DNA of 64,000 nucleotides from Marsupella aquatica (lineage: Eukaryota; Plantae; Marchantiophyta), in contig OZ316895.1 in NCBI GenBank assembly GCA_973895155.1, positions 21,774,558-21,838,557 of the forward strand, in the 5' to 3' direction. How positions within the stretch are numbered: the first letter of the stretch is position 1; each line of letters opens with the position of its first letter. The notes beneath the pieces were generated by a model. It was given only the letters and a program-made list of their open reading frames with translations, did not search any database and was not told the origin of the DNA. The position numbers were made by a program, and so were the translations under genes. Shown piece after piece: positions 12,301 through 26,300 of this stretch.

Positions 12301-15248
12301 TAATTCATTTCTAGCGTTACAGCTAAGTTCAAACAACCATAGAACATTGGTCGTCGGATTGATGTGTGGGTTTCCTCATCGTTGTCTCGTATTGACGTAA
12401 AGTATCCAAATATAATCAAGGAAAACATTTCGAAACAATGGGTGTCTACGGAAGGCTGTAATATCTCTTCAGTACAGATTAAAGCATTTATAAAACCTGC
12501 CCCAATCCGAGCTTCGCTAGTCCGTCTAAAGAAATGAGCTGGAATAATTGGACAATTTCTTTCTCTCGATAATTGTCACGTTTTATGGCCCACGAGTACC
12601 CAAACTCGAGTATGGGCCACCACAGGACCCAAATTACTTCACACCAAACATCATCCAGTGTTTCGCTACGACACGGGATTATCCACCTCGCCACGGCTCT
12701 GTCGCTCTCGCTGTCTGTACGATGGCCAACGTACAAACTTTCCAATGCAACGCATGGGCAGCTGAGCGGCAGATCCCACTAAGTGCATCTTCGCATGGAG
12801 AGGGGGTATTCAGTGAAGTATTGTACAAGACCTACTCGTCATGTCCCAGGAACGTAGAGGGCTGCTACTCCATCGATGAATTCATTCCCAACTCCAATAG
12901 GCGTGCTAATGAAGGATACTGTTGTTCATCCCACCTTTATACCCAATGTAACTAACACTGATGCCTGCGGGTAATGGGGGGATCCAAGAGAGTACACAGT
13001 TCATGAGGACCGGGCTTCTCTTTCCTACTGAGAGGCCCTTCTAACAAACAATAAAGGACGAACCTCCGGGCGTTTCAATCACTGGGAAGGGAACCAGACC
13101 AAGTCTGCTTGCCGTACAGCATCATGGCTTTGCAGAAAAGAGGAGCGTAACCGATGCAAGGTAGGGGCTGGGTGTCGGAACTACGAAGCTCAGCGCAGCT
13201 CGGCTGTCGGGAATCGATTGACAGATGGCCCCTCTCCTGTCGCCGCCACAAGAGAATTTTATCTGTCATTCTCGTTAGAAAGGAGAGGCAGAGACAGAAT
13301 TCATGAGCTCATCACTACATCATCCTTCCATGACGCCTCGAAGTCTCGATCATAGGAAATCAGTCCGTCACAATTGCACTTCACAATTCCCTCGAGACAA
13401 CCTTTTCAGTCCCAGTCCATACTCCACTACCGGGTCAGCAGAGGTCTCCAACGAGGCCGGCCTACCAAGCAGCTACCCATCTTCGACTTCTTTGTGGGTT
13501 TGCCCCTTGCTAGTAGATTCCGCCCGCAACTAAAACTTCCTGCCCAGCTGCTACGCCCCATCCCTTAAAAAACTCCTCTCCCCTCCCCCCCCCGCCCCAA
13601 CTCCCCTGCCCTTAGCACGTTTTAGCCAAGTATCGTAGTCTCGAGCCCATGGTATCACTGTCGAGGACGTTCACACTAGAACAGGAGCACCGCATTGGAT
13701 GGAATGAAAGGCTGGAGAGGTACATAGAAAATGTTCTCTGAAGCAATTTTCACCAAATTCAAATTTGAGGGCTTGGTTTAGAAATGGACAACGTATCAGG
13801 TGGACGAATGAACACTCCCCCCCCACCTCCAAAAAACAAAGAAACTTTTTTTTTGCCTTAAAAAAAACCAAAAAACTTGCTCCGAGGAGCAAATGTGGTA
13901 TCATAAGGCATTCTGGAATTAGAAGAGGAGCACTCGAGCATCATTCTGATGAAGCAAGATAGACGACTTACGAGGCCGAAGAGATGATCATAGAGAGCCA
14001 TCAAACCACTCTGACCCACTGCAGCGGATGCCTTCCCATCCAAATCTCTTTGTGGCTTCTGCAAGTCAACGAAACTGCCACAAACGATAGCATCAGTGAT
14101 TGACTGACGCAATAGCTGTTTCCTTATTAAGATGCATTCTACACTTCAGAATGGCTAAATCGTCAAAACAGATGCGAAAGGCAGACAACAAGACATGGCC
14201 GAAGTGGACGATGCCAGATTGTCCCTCCAACGAAAGTACAATCTTTCCACCATCTTTCCGAGGTCTGTGAGCCAATTCCATGTTTGACCCTGATCCAAGG
14301 ATATATTTTCGGCAAGCATTTCAGCATCCCTTAAGCCTCTTCAACCTGCCCCATTCAGTTTGCAGCTCGAATCTGTGAACGGACAAAGGCCCTGACTATA
14401 CTGCTGTGGATACATCCCTGGGCGAATTCTGCATTCACATGTGCATCCTGTTGAAACCACACCTGCTGTTCATTAATAGCTGATGACGAAGCTTTTGTCT
14501 TCCCACACCAACTGCTCCAGATGTGACAAAGATGACTTCTATTCCATCTTGTAGAAGCCCCTTCACCTGCAAATTCATCCGAAACTCGTCGTCAATTTCC
14601 GAATGAGTACGACAGAGTGGACAACCCCTAACATAGTTTTTCACGAACTGGTCGCTGGAACCTACCGGTTTGCCTGGCCAAACAGTTTCGGGCAATGCAT
14701 GAGATTGAACTTTCCGCTACTGTTCTGATAGTAATTACTTTCATCGCCGCCTGACACTGCATTGCAAGTGTACCAAGCTAAATGTTGAGTACTGGAGAAG
14801 GCAAACACAAACCTGTTCACACACAGCACCAAGGCGCCCCAGTGCAAGCTTGCCGTCAGACCGTGTAACGACGGCAGTGCCGACCTGATCATCATTCGTA
14901 ACCGGTGTTAGACTCAGAAAATCGAATCTGAAATCGAACATAGCAGAAAAACAGAACCACACAATGGCGAAAGTTGCAATCTTAGTGGCTTCAGGTTGGA
15001 CAGCGAATCACTAGTGGAGCGACAGTACAACGTTCAAGATTACTGCCAGGCCAGCATTCGCCATTGACACCACCGATTCCTCAAAATCGAAAGCTTACAC
15101 AGAGCTCGTTCGAAAGGAGAGTGTCTGGCTCAACATACAATTCCATCGAAACAAAGAGCAGACGAACGACAAAAGCAAGGATTCAAGAACTGCTCACCTT
15201 CACCACGACACGCCTCACATCCTTCATGAACGCTCTGGATGGCTCCAT
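6353..15248 (-). CDS. P5CS: Delta-1-pyrroline-5-carboxylate synthetase (bifunctional glutamate 5-kinase / glutamate-5-semialdehyde dehydrogenase), about 20 exons
   Basis: GT-AG exons give [17 protein letters not shown] (15198-15248), [102 protein letters not shown] (catalytic Cys), [32 protein letters not shown] and final exon [11 protein letters not shown]; stop at 6353. Confidence 0.97.
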
Positions 15249-16011
15249 GGCTCCCTGATTCCTGTCCACTGCAAAGCAGAGGACGCCAGAGGACTCTCCA
15301 ACTCAACTCAACTCAAATCAGTCCAATCCCAGTCTGTGTCAACAGTTGGGCAGTTCCTAATTCTCTCCTCGACTCCTGTGTGAGATTGGAAGGTCTGCTT
15401 GAGACAGAATGCGCTGCTCAAGAGTCCTCACTCGAGTTGAGAGAAAGTGAAAGAGAGAGCCAGAGAAGGGATTGCAGCAACCCTCAAACCAAAGAGCACA
15501 AAGATTGAGCAGCAGAGCACACAGAGAGAGCGAGACAGAAGAGAGGAAGAAAACGGGTTACCAGGGAAAGCAATCGCTTTACACTTATATTCAGTACTAG
15601 TATATGGCAGAGCACATTGCTTGATCGATTAACCACTCCTTTTCACCTAACCATCTCTCCACTGGATGTTTGGACGCTTTCCGAGAGAGGGTACGATTGT
15701 GTTTTGCTTCCGCATCTCGAGGGCCCACACTGAGCTGCGCTCTGATCCATCGCTGAGGAAACGCGAGCTCGATTCCGTCCTTCATTGGCTGCTGCTGCAC
15801 CTTTTGATTGGGCTCGCTCTACCGTATACGAATCGTCATCACCGCCTTTTTATTCCCACTCCAAAAGATCAGCTCATGATCATCCGACATTCCGTTTCCC
15901 TCAAATGATGAGCTCCTTTTTACTGTATCTATTCCATTTCCGTAGACCCTGCTCTCTCTCTCTCTCGCTCCGACACAAGTTAGAGATTAGATTTATAAGA
16001 GGTGTTCTTTA

Positions 16012-16385
16012 GGATTAAGATTAAATCTAGACACTAGACACTATATATATATATATATATGAAGAGGTAACTTCTAAGATTAAATCTAGACCTTATCTAT
16101 ATATATAGAGAGATATATTTTGTGGGATTAAATCTAGACATTATCTATCTATATAAATATGTATGTGTATGAAGAGGAACCTTTTTGGATTAAATCTAGA
16201 CCTTATCTATCTATATAAACATATATGAAAAGGTACCTTCTTGGATTAAATCTAGAGCTTACCTATCTATATAAATACATATGAAGAGGTACCTTCTTTG
16301 ATTAAATTTAGACCTTATCTATCTATATAAATATATAAGAAGAGGTACCTTCTTGGGTTAGATCTAGACCTTACCTATCTTATAT
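16012..16385. repeat. AT-rich tandem repeat, ~56-bp unit, ~6-7 copies
   Basis: Recurrent GATTAAATCTAGACCTTATCTATCTATATAAA...GAAGAGGTACCTTC upstream of P5CS. Confidence 0.85.
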
Positions 16386-18873
16386 TTTAATTATATAGAG
16401 AAAGCTGCAAAAGAACAAAAACCGGCCAACTGTAAGACATAATCCTAGAGGCAAAAGACCCAATCAAGGGAAGACAACCAAAGAGCCAAAAGGCCAGAGC
16501 AACCAAGCAAGAAGAGCACCACTAAACACCCAGGAACAAAAGCCCCAAAACCCTGATAATGAGAGGAAAGGATGCAATGTGTTATCTTTGTGACAGAAGT
16601 TTGAGGTTGGTTTTACAAGAAGTGCCTCTAAGATAAAATATGGGCCGTGAGTGGGAAGGATGCAGTTAGGCATGATTGCGACATAAGTTTGAGGTTGGCT
16701 TTACATGAAGTAGCCTCTAAGATTAGATCTGGACAGTATCCTGGACAGATAATGCATACGAGTGGAAAGGATATGGTTGGGCAGGATTGTGATACAAGTT
16801 TGAGGCAGGGTTGTGATTTGTGCGCAAGTGTTGCTGTTGAGGCTGGTCGCAATTTCAGCTATGATAATTAATAATTGTAATTTGCTCAAAAGAGGTATTT
16901 CTCTGGAACTACAAAAGTTGCAGTCTAGAATTTGTCATTTCTTTGAGACTGTAATCTTGAATATTGACTGCAAAGATGGCCTGTTGGTGAACATGTAGGA
17001 GCTTTCAATGATACAAACAGAACCATGCTTGATTGTTATATCACTAAAGATGGTTGAGCCCTTGTTGTGGTCTTTGGGGCCTCACTTTAAGTGAGCCCCT
17101 ATATCAAGCACAAAATTTTCAAGTAACAAATACCCTAAAACTTAAGAAAACAAAGTAACCCTTTTATTTATTTTAACCCCTAACTTTATAGAATGTTCTC
17201 AAATTTGGTATTAGAAACCCCTATAGTACCTATAAATACAAAAATTGGATTAAAACACCCCTAATGACCTTCAACAAATTTTGTAAGTCTTCTGCCCAAA
17301 TGAATTAAAAAAATCCCTAACTTATTTGTGCACAATAGGTCGGAGAGAAAGAAGTGAGGACTCCGGGGTTCTGGTACAACCTTAAGACCAGACTCTCTTC
17401 ACATTGATCTTAATTATGTCTATCATTGCTTCTGGCTTTGGGTATAGCATTGATCGACGCCTGCTAGGTTATTCATTGGGACAGAGCCCCGGACAGAGCT
17501 TAGAAGTTTTCAGTGGTTGGCTGATTTGCTATAATGATTGTGCCTGAAACTGGCAAATCAAAGACAAATAATTTCAAACTATTTGCTAAATAGATGCGCC
17601 TTGTCCCAGCCTAAGCACTACCGTCTTCCGCCAAACACAGTGCCTGGGCGTTACGTTCAAATTTGAATTTTTAGGGTCTCCAAAGTAACAAGTGTTTTTT
17701 TCTTCAAACACAACATTGTTGTTTTAACACAGTGCGTGGGTGTTGCGTTTGAATATTGGTGTTGTGTTTGAGTTGGACGTTGTGTTGGAGATTTGACCCT
17801 GACTTTTCTACATTGAGCACAAACAATGACGAATCTTGAACCATATGACTCACCATATGATAAAGTTAATATTCGAACACAATGCCCAATTCCAAACACC
17901 ATGCCCTGCAAGTACAAAAAATCAAAACACATAGTCAAAACTCAAATACAATACCCTGGGTGCACTATTCGAATAGAGTGCCCCAGGCATGGCCCACTAT
18001 TTGAATACACGGCCTTGGCTTTGTGTTCAGAGGAAGATGGTTGTGTTACCTCTCTTCTTATATATCACCCACTGTCTGTGGGCGCTCATTTGATTTGCAC
18101 AACTCATTCAAAACTAAGTTTTAGCATTTTTTCAAAGTTATGCATAGCAGCATAGCAATATTAATTCTAACTGTGTCTTGCTTGATTCAAAGGACAAGTT
18201 AGATACTTCACAGTGGATTATATGAGTACAACTCAATAAAACATATGAAGATGATACATATTTTTTCAAAGGCCATTATGATATGTGGTTCTAATGTTCT
18301 CATCCCAAAAGATGGGAATCAATGACCCACTAAAAGGTCTTCATGGTAGGGCAAACATAGCCAGATCAAAATATTTACCTAACTTTTCTTGAACCAAAGA
18401 ATTGGCTGAAAAGTTTTCCTGTCCTGATTTAGTTTCCCCATACTCAAAACTCGTGGGTTGTAAAATTGTTTATCCACATCAAACTGGAGGGTCATTTCTT
18501 GTTCTAAATATAGACTACTTCAAATCAAGCTGAATCTTTTGAAATGAAGTTCCATAATAAATACAAATCCCTGAATGAAGTATTTTGCTCTTTTAAGGCT
18601 TTTCTGCCTTTTGGCCATCATGCGTTCCCCCATTCAAGGGGTTCATGAGAAAATAAAGTCAAAATTAGAAAAAAAAATAGAAAATTCTCTTGAATGAGCG
18701 AAGGAGCCCCGGTCCGACCATCCCATCTCATCAGCACCGTCCATCAGGGGCTCATCCTTGGCCATCTTTGGAACTTTGACACAGCCTATTACAAACAAGG
18801 CTGGACAGGGTCGTGACGGAGAAACAGGATGACAAAGTATGGATGGCGGAAATGACGGAGCGGAGCTCGTTCA

Positions 18874-19960
18874 ATAATGTATAAGCTGCGCCTAATTAGT
18901 ACCCAATCGGGCAGTCCATCCCAGCCTTCTTGGCATTACGGCAATTGAGAGCTGGGACCACAGGGACAACGTGAAAACATTCAAGCTGTGCAGAACGTGG
19001 GAGCTTCTTGCACTGTGCTCTCAATCTTTGTTGCAGGGCTCAATAGTCGACAACCTGCAGGAGTGCATGGGAGGGAATGTTTCAGATGAGAATTGATGGT
19101 GACGTACGTGTGGCATCCTGTGGCCCGTTGACTCAGTTTGGCAGGCCAGGGAAATCAAATTTGGCGCTTGCCAAATTGCCCAAAAGTGGCGGTCGGGAAA
19201 CTGGTTTTGGTGGCGCCCATAAATTCATTTTGGGATCCGGAGGATGGGTGCAAGCAAGAAATTGTTGTCGTCCGGGAACAGTCCAATGTGGCGGTCCCGG
19301 CCCATTTAGCGACCACTGGTGCGGTCGCTCTTACTAGTAAAGCTCAATGCAAAGCTACTTTTGAGGGTTACCATGTAGAGTGAAGCCTCTAGACCCTAAC
19401 TCTCAAGAAAGACAAAATATAAAAGGAGAGTGGACAAATACAAGAGAAAAGGCAAAAATGAGCCAGAAATAGTATATAATCATTTTGATTACTGGATTCT
19501 TTATCATCATGGTTTCTATTTATGTCCCAAGGACTTAGGGGGTGACAATTGAATTAGGGGTGGGGGTGAAATATGCAAATAGGGGTGGAGCGGTGCCAGG
19601 ACTAGTGCACCGCATTTGAAAACAAGACTACCTTTGAAGAGAGTTGAGGGAGTAGGGACCCCATGTGAAGAGAGTTGATGTATTAGGGAGTGTGAAAGGT
19701 CAGTCGCTGTCATCCAAGATTGAAGATCGAGCTATGGGACACTGGAAACGATGGAACAGAGCCAGTTGAATAATGTACCAAGCAAGGTGACCCTTTGGGC
19801 CGCCCTCACAATCTTTGTGCCATTGCCTATTTTATAGCTCTATGAGTAGTCTCTATTACTTACCCCTAGTGTATTTTCCCCTCACTTTCCGATAATGTAT
19901 AATCTGCCCCTAATTAGTACCCAACCGGGCAGCCCGTCCTAGCCTTCCCGGCGTTATGGC
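18874..19960. repeat. Diverged ~68-bp direct repeats about 1 kb apart (possible decayed LTR/TRIM-like remnant)
   Basis: ATAATGTATAA.CTGC.CCTAATTAGTACCCAA.CGGGCAG.CC.TCC.AGCCTTC..GGC.TTA.GGC at 18874-18941 and 19892-19960. Confidence 0.55.
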
Positions 19961-20471
19961 TATCTTTTTATCTTGAAAGGAATTCTTCACTCATGAGAAA
20001 AGTAAAATCCAGTAAAACATGGAGTAAAAAGGTCAGATAAAAAAAGATCAAGGATCAAACAATCACCCCATGATCAGACGCATCCAATCCCGAGGAGAAG
20101 GATAAAATCAGGAACTAAAGTGGAATGTAACAACATGTCATCCACACTATAACAAATCAAAAACGCAAATAGGAGGGTTAACTCAACCTCAAAGAACAAA
20201 GAGAGGAAACAACAAACACTGAATCCTGAGCAACTGTCTCAAGGCAACAATCCAATAAAGATCAACCATCTACCAACAAAACAGAGAAACAAATAGACCA
20301 AAGTGACCAAAGAAAGTGACTTCAAGGAGGGTCAAAAGCAAAAGCCCAGAGAGGTTAACTTTGCTATCCTTAATAAAATACAACAAAACAGAGAAACCAA
20401 TAGACTAAACACCTTCTAACACGAACATAAAAAGAAATGTGTAACAAAGTGACCAAAGAAAGTGACTTCAA

Positions 20472-20858
20472 CCAATTGGCTTAGGTCAATTGGCTAAGGG
20501 ATTTGTCTGGAACTGAGAGGTCCCAGGTTCAAATCCCCCTCCACACACTGGGGTGTGGAGGGTATATGTGTGTGGGTGGGATGGGTTTTGTGGGTAGTGG
20601 ATTGGAGTTCTGATTATCTGCTCGGCCCTTGGGTGCCCACTTTGTGGCCCTGATGTAATCCTCTCTCCTTCCTGGTGCGGGTCCATGTCGGATCAGTTGG
20701 GACTCACCCTGGTCTGGGTTCCCTACAGAAAAAACTATCACATTGGGGTGGGGGGAGTCGGACTCACCCTGGTCTGGGTTCCCTACAGAAAAACTGTCAC
20801 ATTGGGGTGGGGGGAGTCTAATTGTATTTCCTCCCCATTTCAGTTCAAGACAAAAAAG
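20472..20858 (+). mobile_element. tRNA-derived SINE with 17-bp target-site duplication
   Basis: Pol III A-box-like TAGGTCAATTGG (~20482) and B-box GGTTCAAATCC (~20526); internal 60-bp tandem duplication (20700-20818); A-rich tail; flanked by AAAGAAAGTGACTTCAA at 20455-20471 and 20859-20875. Confidence 0.8.
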
Positions 20859-23388
20859 AAAGAAAGTGACTTCAAGGAGGGTCAAAAGCAAAAGCTTAGA
20901 GAGGTTAAATTTGCTATCCTTAATTAATAAAATACAGACAATCTTTCCCCATGTACCCAACCGGACAACCTGTCCACATCTGGCCGTCGACAAGTAATGT
21001 CAGCGACACCTGGCGGGCACACCTGGGTTCTAGCGCAAATCTTTTCCCTGACCTGTCAGCCAGCCCTCCCAGCTGCCCAGTCGATAAAATGCGCCGGGCA
21101 CCCCTTTTTCAGGGTGCAGGGAACGGAGACCGGGCGACAGGGACTGACGCGACCTGTCAGCCGTCCTGCCCAATCGATTCCCTCTAAAGTACCCGACCCG
21201 GTCAGACCGGCCCAGTGCCCGCGCTGCCCGGTCGACGGGTGCCCCCCGCCCGTCCCGTTCCAGACCGTAGAACGGACGATGGTGACTGCTACGGCGTCCG
21301 GCGACGGGATAAACGGTGCAGGGACGGAGACGACGGTGTAAAGGGAATGAGGAAATGGCAGAGGGGGACGAAGAAGCGAGGGGCGAAGCAGAGGGAGAGA
21401 TCGCATGGGAATCTGGCGGATTACGAAGGAGATCCATACTTGCTAATGCAGCAGCACGGATGCAACAACTACGAAAGCAGCTGCTGCTAAGCCAACAACA
21501 ACGAAGCGGCAGGGAGCAGGAGAGGAGGAGCACCAACAATAGCGGTGCAGAAGGAGGAAGAGGAGGAGCAGCAGCAGCATGAAGCACACATCTTGGTGTT
21601 GTGTTTCTTTCTGAACAATCTCAATCGTTTGACAGGAAGGAGGGATTATTGGGCTAAAGTGGTTCTCGTCGTTGTTGTCCTCTTTGTCTCGCCAGACGTG
21701 GAGGAGAGTTGGACAAGGAATACTTAGTAAGCAGTTCAGTAGAGCTGTGTGAGGAGGAGGAGTGAGTACGGGGGTGGAGAACAAGGAGTTGGTGGGTGCT
21801 GCTGATTGCTGGATAACAGAACAGAACGGAAGGACTGGCTAGTGAAGAAGGAGGAAAGGAAAGGGAGGAAGGAAGCAATCTAAAGATCCTCGGTCGACTT
21901 CCGATCCTGTCATTTCGGGTGAGTTCAATAGCCAAATTTGGGGAGGAGGAAATGAGGGAACGGACCGTGATGGAAGTGGATGGAGGGTCGTGATAGGAGA
22001 GAGTGGTGTGATATCGGAGTGGTAACAAGTCTGGGCTCGTTTGATTGACTGAGTGATTGATTGGGAAGAATGAAGGAATGAATGTTGGTAAATTGAGTGT
22101 AAGGATGGGTTTTCTTTTGGAAGAACTACCATGGGGAAAGGCAATTGGGCGACATTGGCTGACTTGGGTTGGGTTGGGCGGGTTGGGTTGAGTTCACTTG
22201 AGTTCGGAGGAGTGTTTTGATCGGAAGGACTTGAAAGAAAGAACGAGCTGGTGGTGAAATGTCAGTTCAGTTCTATCCCTCGTGTGGATCGAGATAATGG
22301 ATTTTCTTTGCCGTCGTTGTGGGCTCTAAGACGTTTGTGTAATTTTCTTGGGTTGTTCGTCGTGTTTTAATCTTTTCTTGGTATCTAGAAAGAATCTAGA
22401 GGTATCGATCGGGCCGCCTGTGACGCAGTTGGTGCTGAGATAATATCATGCGATTTTACTGCTCAATGCATCGCAGTTGAGTTTAATTAAGATCAATGCA
22501 CGCGATCTGAGAACGTGTGATGGAAAAGGGATTCAGAGTTTTCTGCAGAACAGATGTGATCCCACGGGACTTCTCGGTCACTCTTATTTTACCCGGAGCA
22601 TTATAATGTAATTTATTCAGGTTGTCGTTGTTTCGGTTAGAATTTCTTCTTCTTGCTCTTCTTCAGGGTCCTGCATTGCAGGATACTTATAAATCACGAG
22701 GCGGTTGAGCTGCTAGTTGCTGTATTTCCCCCGGTCCCATAATTCGTCCTCATCAATCAGTATGGAAAACTCTAGATACTTAGTGAGTTATTAACTTTGC
22801 AGAAGCTGTAATTCTCTTCTCTCCTCTCCTCTCCTCTGCTGTCCTCTCTTCAGGCATTTTAGCTTTTAAGCCTTCCTGGAAAAGATTTCCATCTAGTACG
22901 CTCAGCTTGGTTGAATGGTTGCCCATGCCCTCCTCAAATTTTTCGTTTGAAGAGTATGTCAAAGTAGGCTCCGTCCTGCAAGGCACAGTGCCAACTTTCA
23001 AATCTCAGGCAGGACTGTGGACGAAATCCTGCCTCAGGTACCGGTACAGTAAGTATCGTAGGATTATAAATCATATAATCGTAAATTAGTGTTCCAGACT
23101 GAGTTGACTAGCGTGTCTGCCGCCTGTGCCCCCTTTCGAGTTCAATCTGCTGACCTTGCTTTTTCTATGATGTGCCGATTGGCTCCTACGCCTTCACGGA
23201 TTGTATCTTATCTGCTGTGCTCTCCGGCCTCTGAGAGGCAAAGGTCAATTCTTTGTCTCCAAATTGGGTAATAAATCCCTTCAAATTGGTGTATTGCGGA
23301 TATCTTGGAAGGTTTTGTTTTGAAACTTACCAGCACCATAACCAGTTCCTCGTTGATAATAGGAGAGAGCACAGCTGCGGAAGCGACC

Positions 23389-26300
23389 ATGGGTCAAAAG
23401 AGTCGTGCAGTAGTCAATGGTGGTTCTCCTGGATCTCAAAACAGTCGTGCGTTAGTTACCGGTGTTTTTCCTGGAATTTTGGAGAAGCGCAAGAAGGACA
23501 AATCAGGTTCTTGAGTTCTCCCTCCATAGCTTATCATTCTTACGTTTCAGAAATTTTGCATTATGTTGGCCAAGATTTCTGTTCTGCTCAAATCTCTCTC
23601 TCGTTAAGCACATTCCTCGTGGATTACAATACCCTTCGAGACAAGATGTTGGGCTTCGTGCCTTACTTCATTCATTGTGATGTGTTTTTCCAGTGCTGGT
23701 CCTTGATGGTTTAGTTTCTGATCTAGCTCGGCGCACACAGTCAGCTATCGATGGGACTGGTCCCACTCAACATTTGGAAAGCATCCGCGCAATTCACCGG
23801 TTGTTAGGGCAGGTACAGTAATATTTCAATTTTGCTGGCCAATCTAGTCTTGAAAGTAAATGTTGGAGTACAGTGAGCTCTGATGGCAATTCAGAACTGT
23901 TAATGTTTGCGCTAGCATGCTTGCCTGCGGAGGTTTCCCATTGCAGGATATATTCCACAAAATAAAGCGAAGATACTGCTAGCAGGGAACGAATCGCCAC
24001 ACTAATGAATTCAGTTTTCCTGTTGCAGATTCAAAAGCTTGAACGTCCTTTCGTCATCCAACCAAATGCTGCAGATGTTTCTGCCCGGCTAAACGTTTTA
24101 GAGGAATGGCTGCAAGTTCAAGGCGTACCGGTAATGACTAGGAGGCAATTTGTGGGTGTATTTATTCTCTTAAGTCGCACTCAGAAAGAACGAGGAAGTA
24201 CCATGCAATGAATTGTGTATCTCCTTAAGGTATACAACGAGTTTGAAGTTAAACATAACAAACAGTTTACTCAGTTTTCGGCGTGGATCTTGAGTGATGC
24301 AAAGACCAAGTAGACTCCAGAAACTGTAAGATAAGTTTCATTTTTCTGGATTTGTTCCTTTCTCCTGGGCTCTGAGTCAAATCTTGAAATGTTCATGACA
24401 GACGGAAGGACTGAAACTCACAGGAGGGCTTAGAGAAGGTGCCGGTGTGGTTGCGCAACAAAAGTTTGAAAAGGGACAGATGATATGTACTGTGCCGGCA
24501 CACGTGATGATGACAACCGCAACAGCGATCCGGTCTAAGGTGTGCCTTTCAATCTACATTATTCCTCTGGCTAATATTTAAAAAGCTTTCTTGCTTTCTT
24601 GCTTTCTTGCTGCCTTCTGTTGGGAAGTCTCAACCGCGTGTTAGCCTTTTATACCATCGCCGCATTTGGCATCGTTGTTTTTGTTCGTTGTTGCTAATCT
24701 TTACAATAAGTCTTACATCTGACATTGTACCTGTCGGCGAAGCGTTTTCAACGAAGTGTTAACGTTTTTGTCTTCCAGGAACCTTGGCCTGATGCTCTGG
24801 TTTGGCTCTTGGGTCCTGTTGTAGGATGATGTAGGTATTCTCTTCAAGGCCGATCCAATTCTTCGACAAATGCCAACATTGATTCTTGCTCTCCACCTAC
24901 TGTTTGAGAAGGTGAAGTTTCATTTTACACGTATTTTGTGTTAGACCTTTCCTGATTAGTTCCATACTTTGACCTTGGTGATTGCTGAAACGTAAGCACC
25001 TGATTTTTGCAACAGCATCGCGTATCTGAGGACCCTTCAAATTGGGCTGGATACATTCAATCTCTGCCTGGTCAAGAATCACCTTCAGAATTGAAATCAG
25101 TGAATACTAATAACTTCATCATGCCTTTGGCCTTCAGGTGCTTGTTTTACCTCCATTTCTGATCTCCGTTTCTCGTTGTTGCGCTTTTGAGAGGTTTTCT
25201 TTTGCATGTTTTCTTGGCCAAGTCCAACAGAAACTGCTGATGCTACATGATGCGTACGTACTGAGTCAGTGGTGATATTCAAAACACGTTTAATTCAGGG
25301 ATATTTCCTCCAATAGTGGTGGTCCTCGAGCAATCCTACTGAATCCCGTTTGTAATTATATGTTTGTTGAATATGTAGCAAATTGATTTAACCTGCAGCC
25401 TCCGAGTACTTAAATTGAGAGTTACAAACTTTCTTGGCGGAAGGCACAAGGTTTCTGCTTAGAATACCCTCTTGCTTGCAAACCATATCATATTAGTGAC
25501 ATTTTCTAATGGAAAGTCATGTTCATCGTGCAGCCTCGAGACAATTGAAGCACTCAAAGGAACTGCGGTGAGTTGTATGTTACCTGATTGGATTGGACAT
25601 ATCCGTAGAACGTGTCAAGCTATTAGAGAACTAAATTCCAGAGACATGTTAACTTGGTATGTCGCTGATACTTAGGGTATCGATGACCTTCTGAATCTCT
25701 TTGTGCCTGACTCTCATTGTACGCACTCATTTCGGAGTATCAGCTAGACAGAGAGGATTGATGTAGCTTTCAGTTTGTTACCTGATCATCAAGGATGTCT
25801 GTGAACTGTACATCCAGGTGCTTGTTGAAATGCACAAGGCATTGAGAAACTATGCGAGGCAGTATGCGCATGTTCGTTTACTTTTGAAGCAGCTGAGAGG
25901 GCAGTCGATGGCAATAGAACGGGCCAATTCTTGGTTCACATGGGCCGAGTTCCGATGGGCGGCCTCTGTAAGCATGCCGTGCTTTCTTGTGTGTTAAGTC
26001 TACTCTTCGGTAGTGGGCGACTTAGGTGCAATATGAGTGAATGTGTGTGAAGCTTTGGGTTTGCTGCGATGACTATTTACTCCTCAGCATCATTTGGAGT
26101 TTTTTTCGTGAAAGTTAGTAAAGCACTGTATGTGATTATTATAGTACTTCATGTGGTTCCGTGCAGATTGTAATGACACGACAGAACCCAATACCTGGAA
26201 CACCGGATATGGAAACACCCCAGGCACTGGCTCTGATCCCCTATTTGGACATGTTCAACCATGAGGTTAGCCACCCGTTTGCCTTCATGCGGTTGTTGTA

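Noticed and set aside
16400-17000. Possible LINE 3' remnant upstream of P5CS
   Set aside because: Composition is suggestive, but there is no diagnostic RT or endonuclease motif.
20475-20545. Functional tRNA gene
   Set aside because: A/B boxes are present but I see no convincing acceptor stem or cloverleaf; it is the head of a TSD-flanked SINE.
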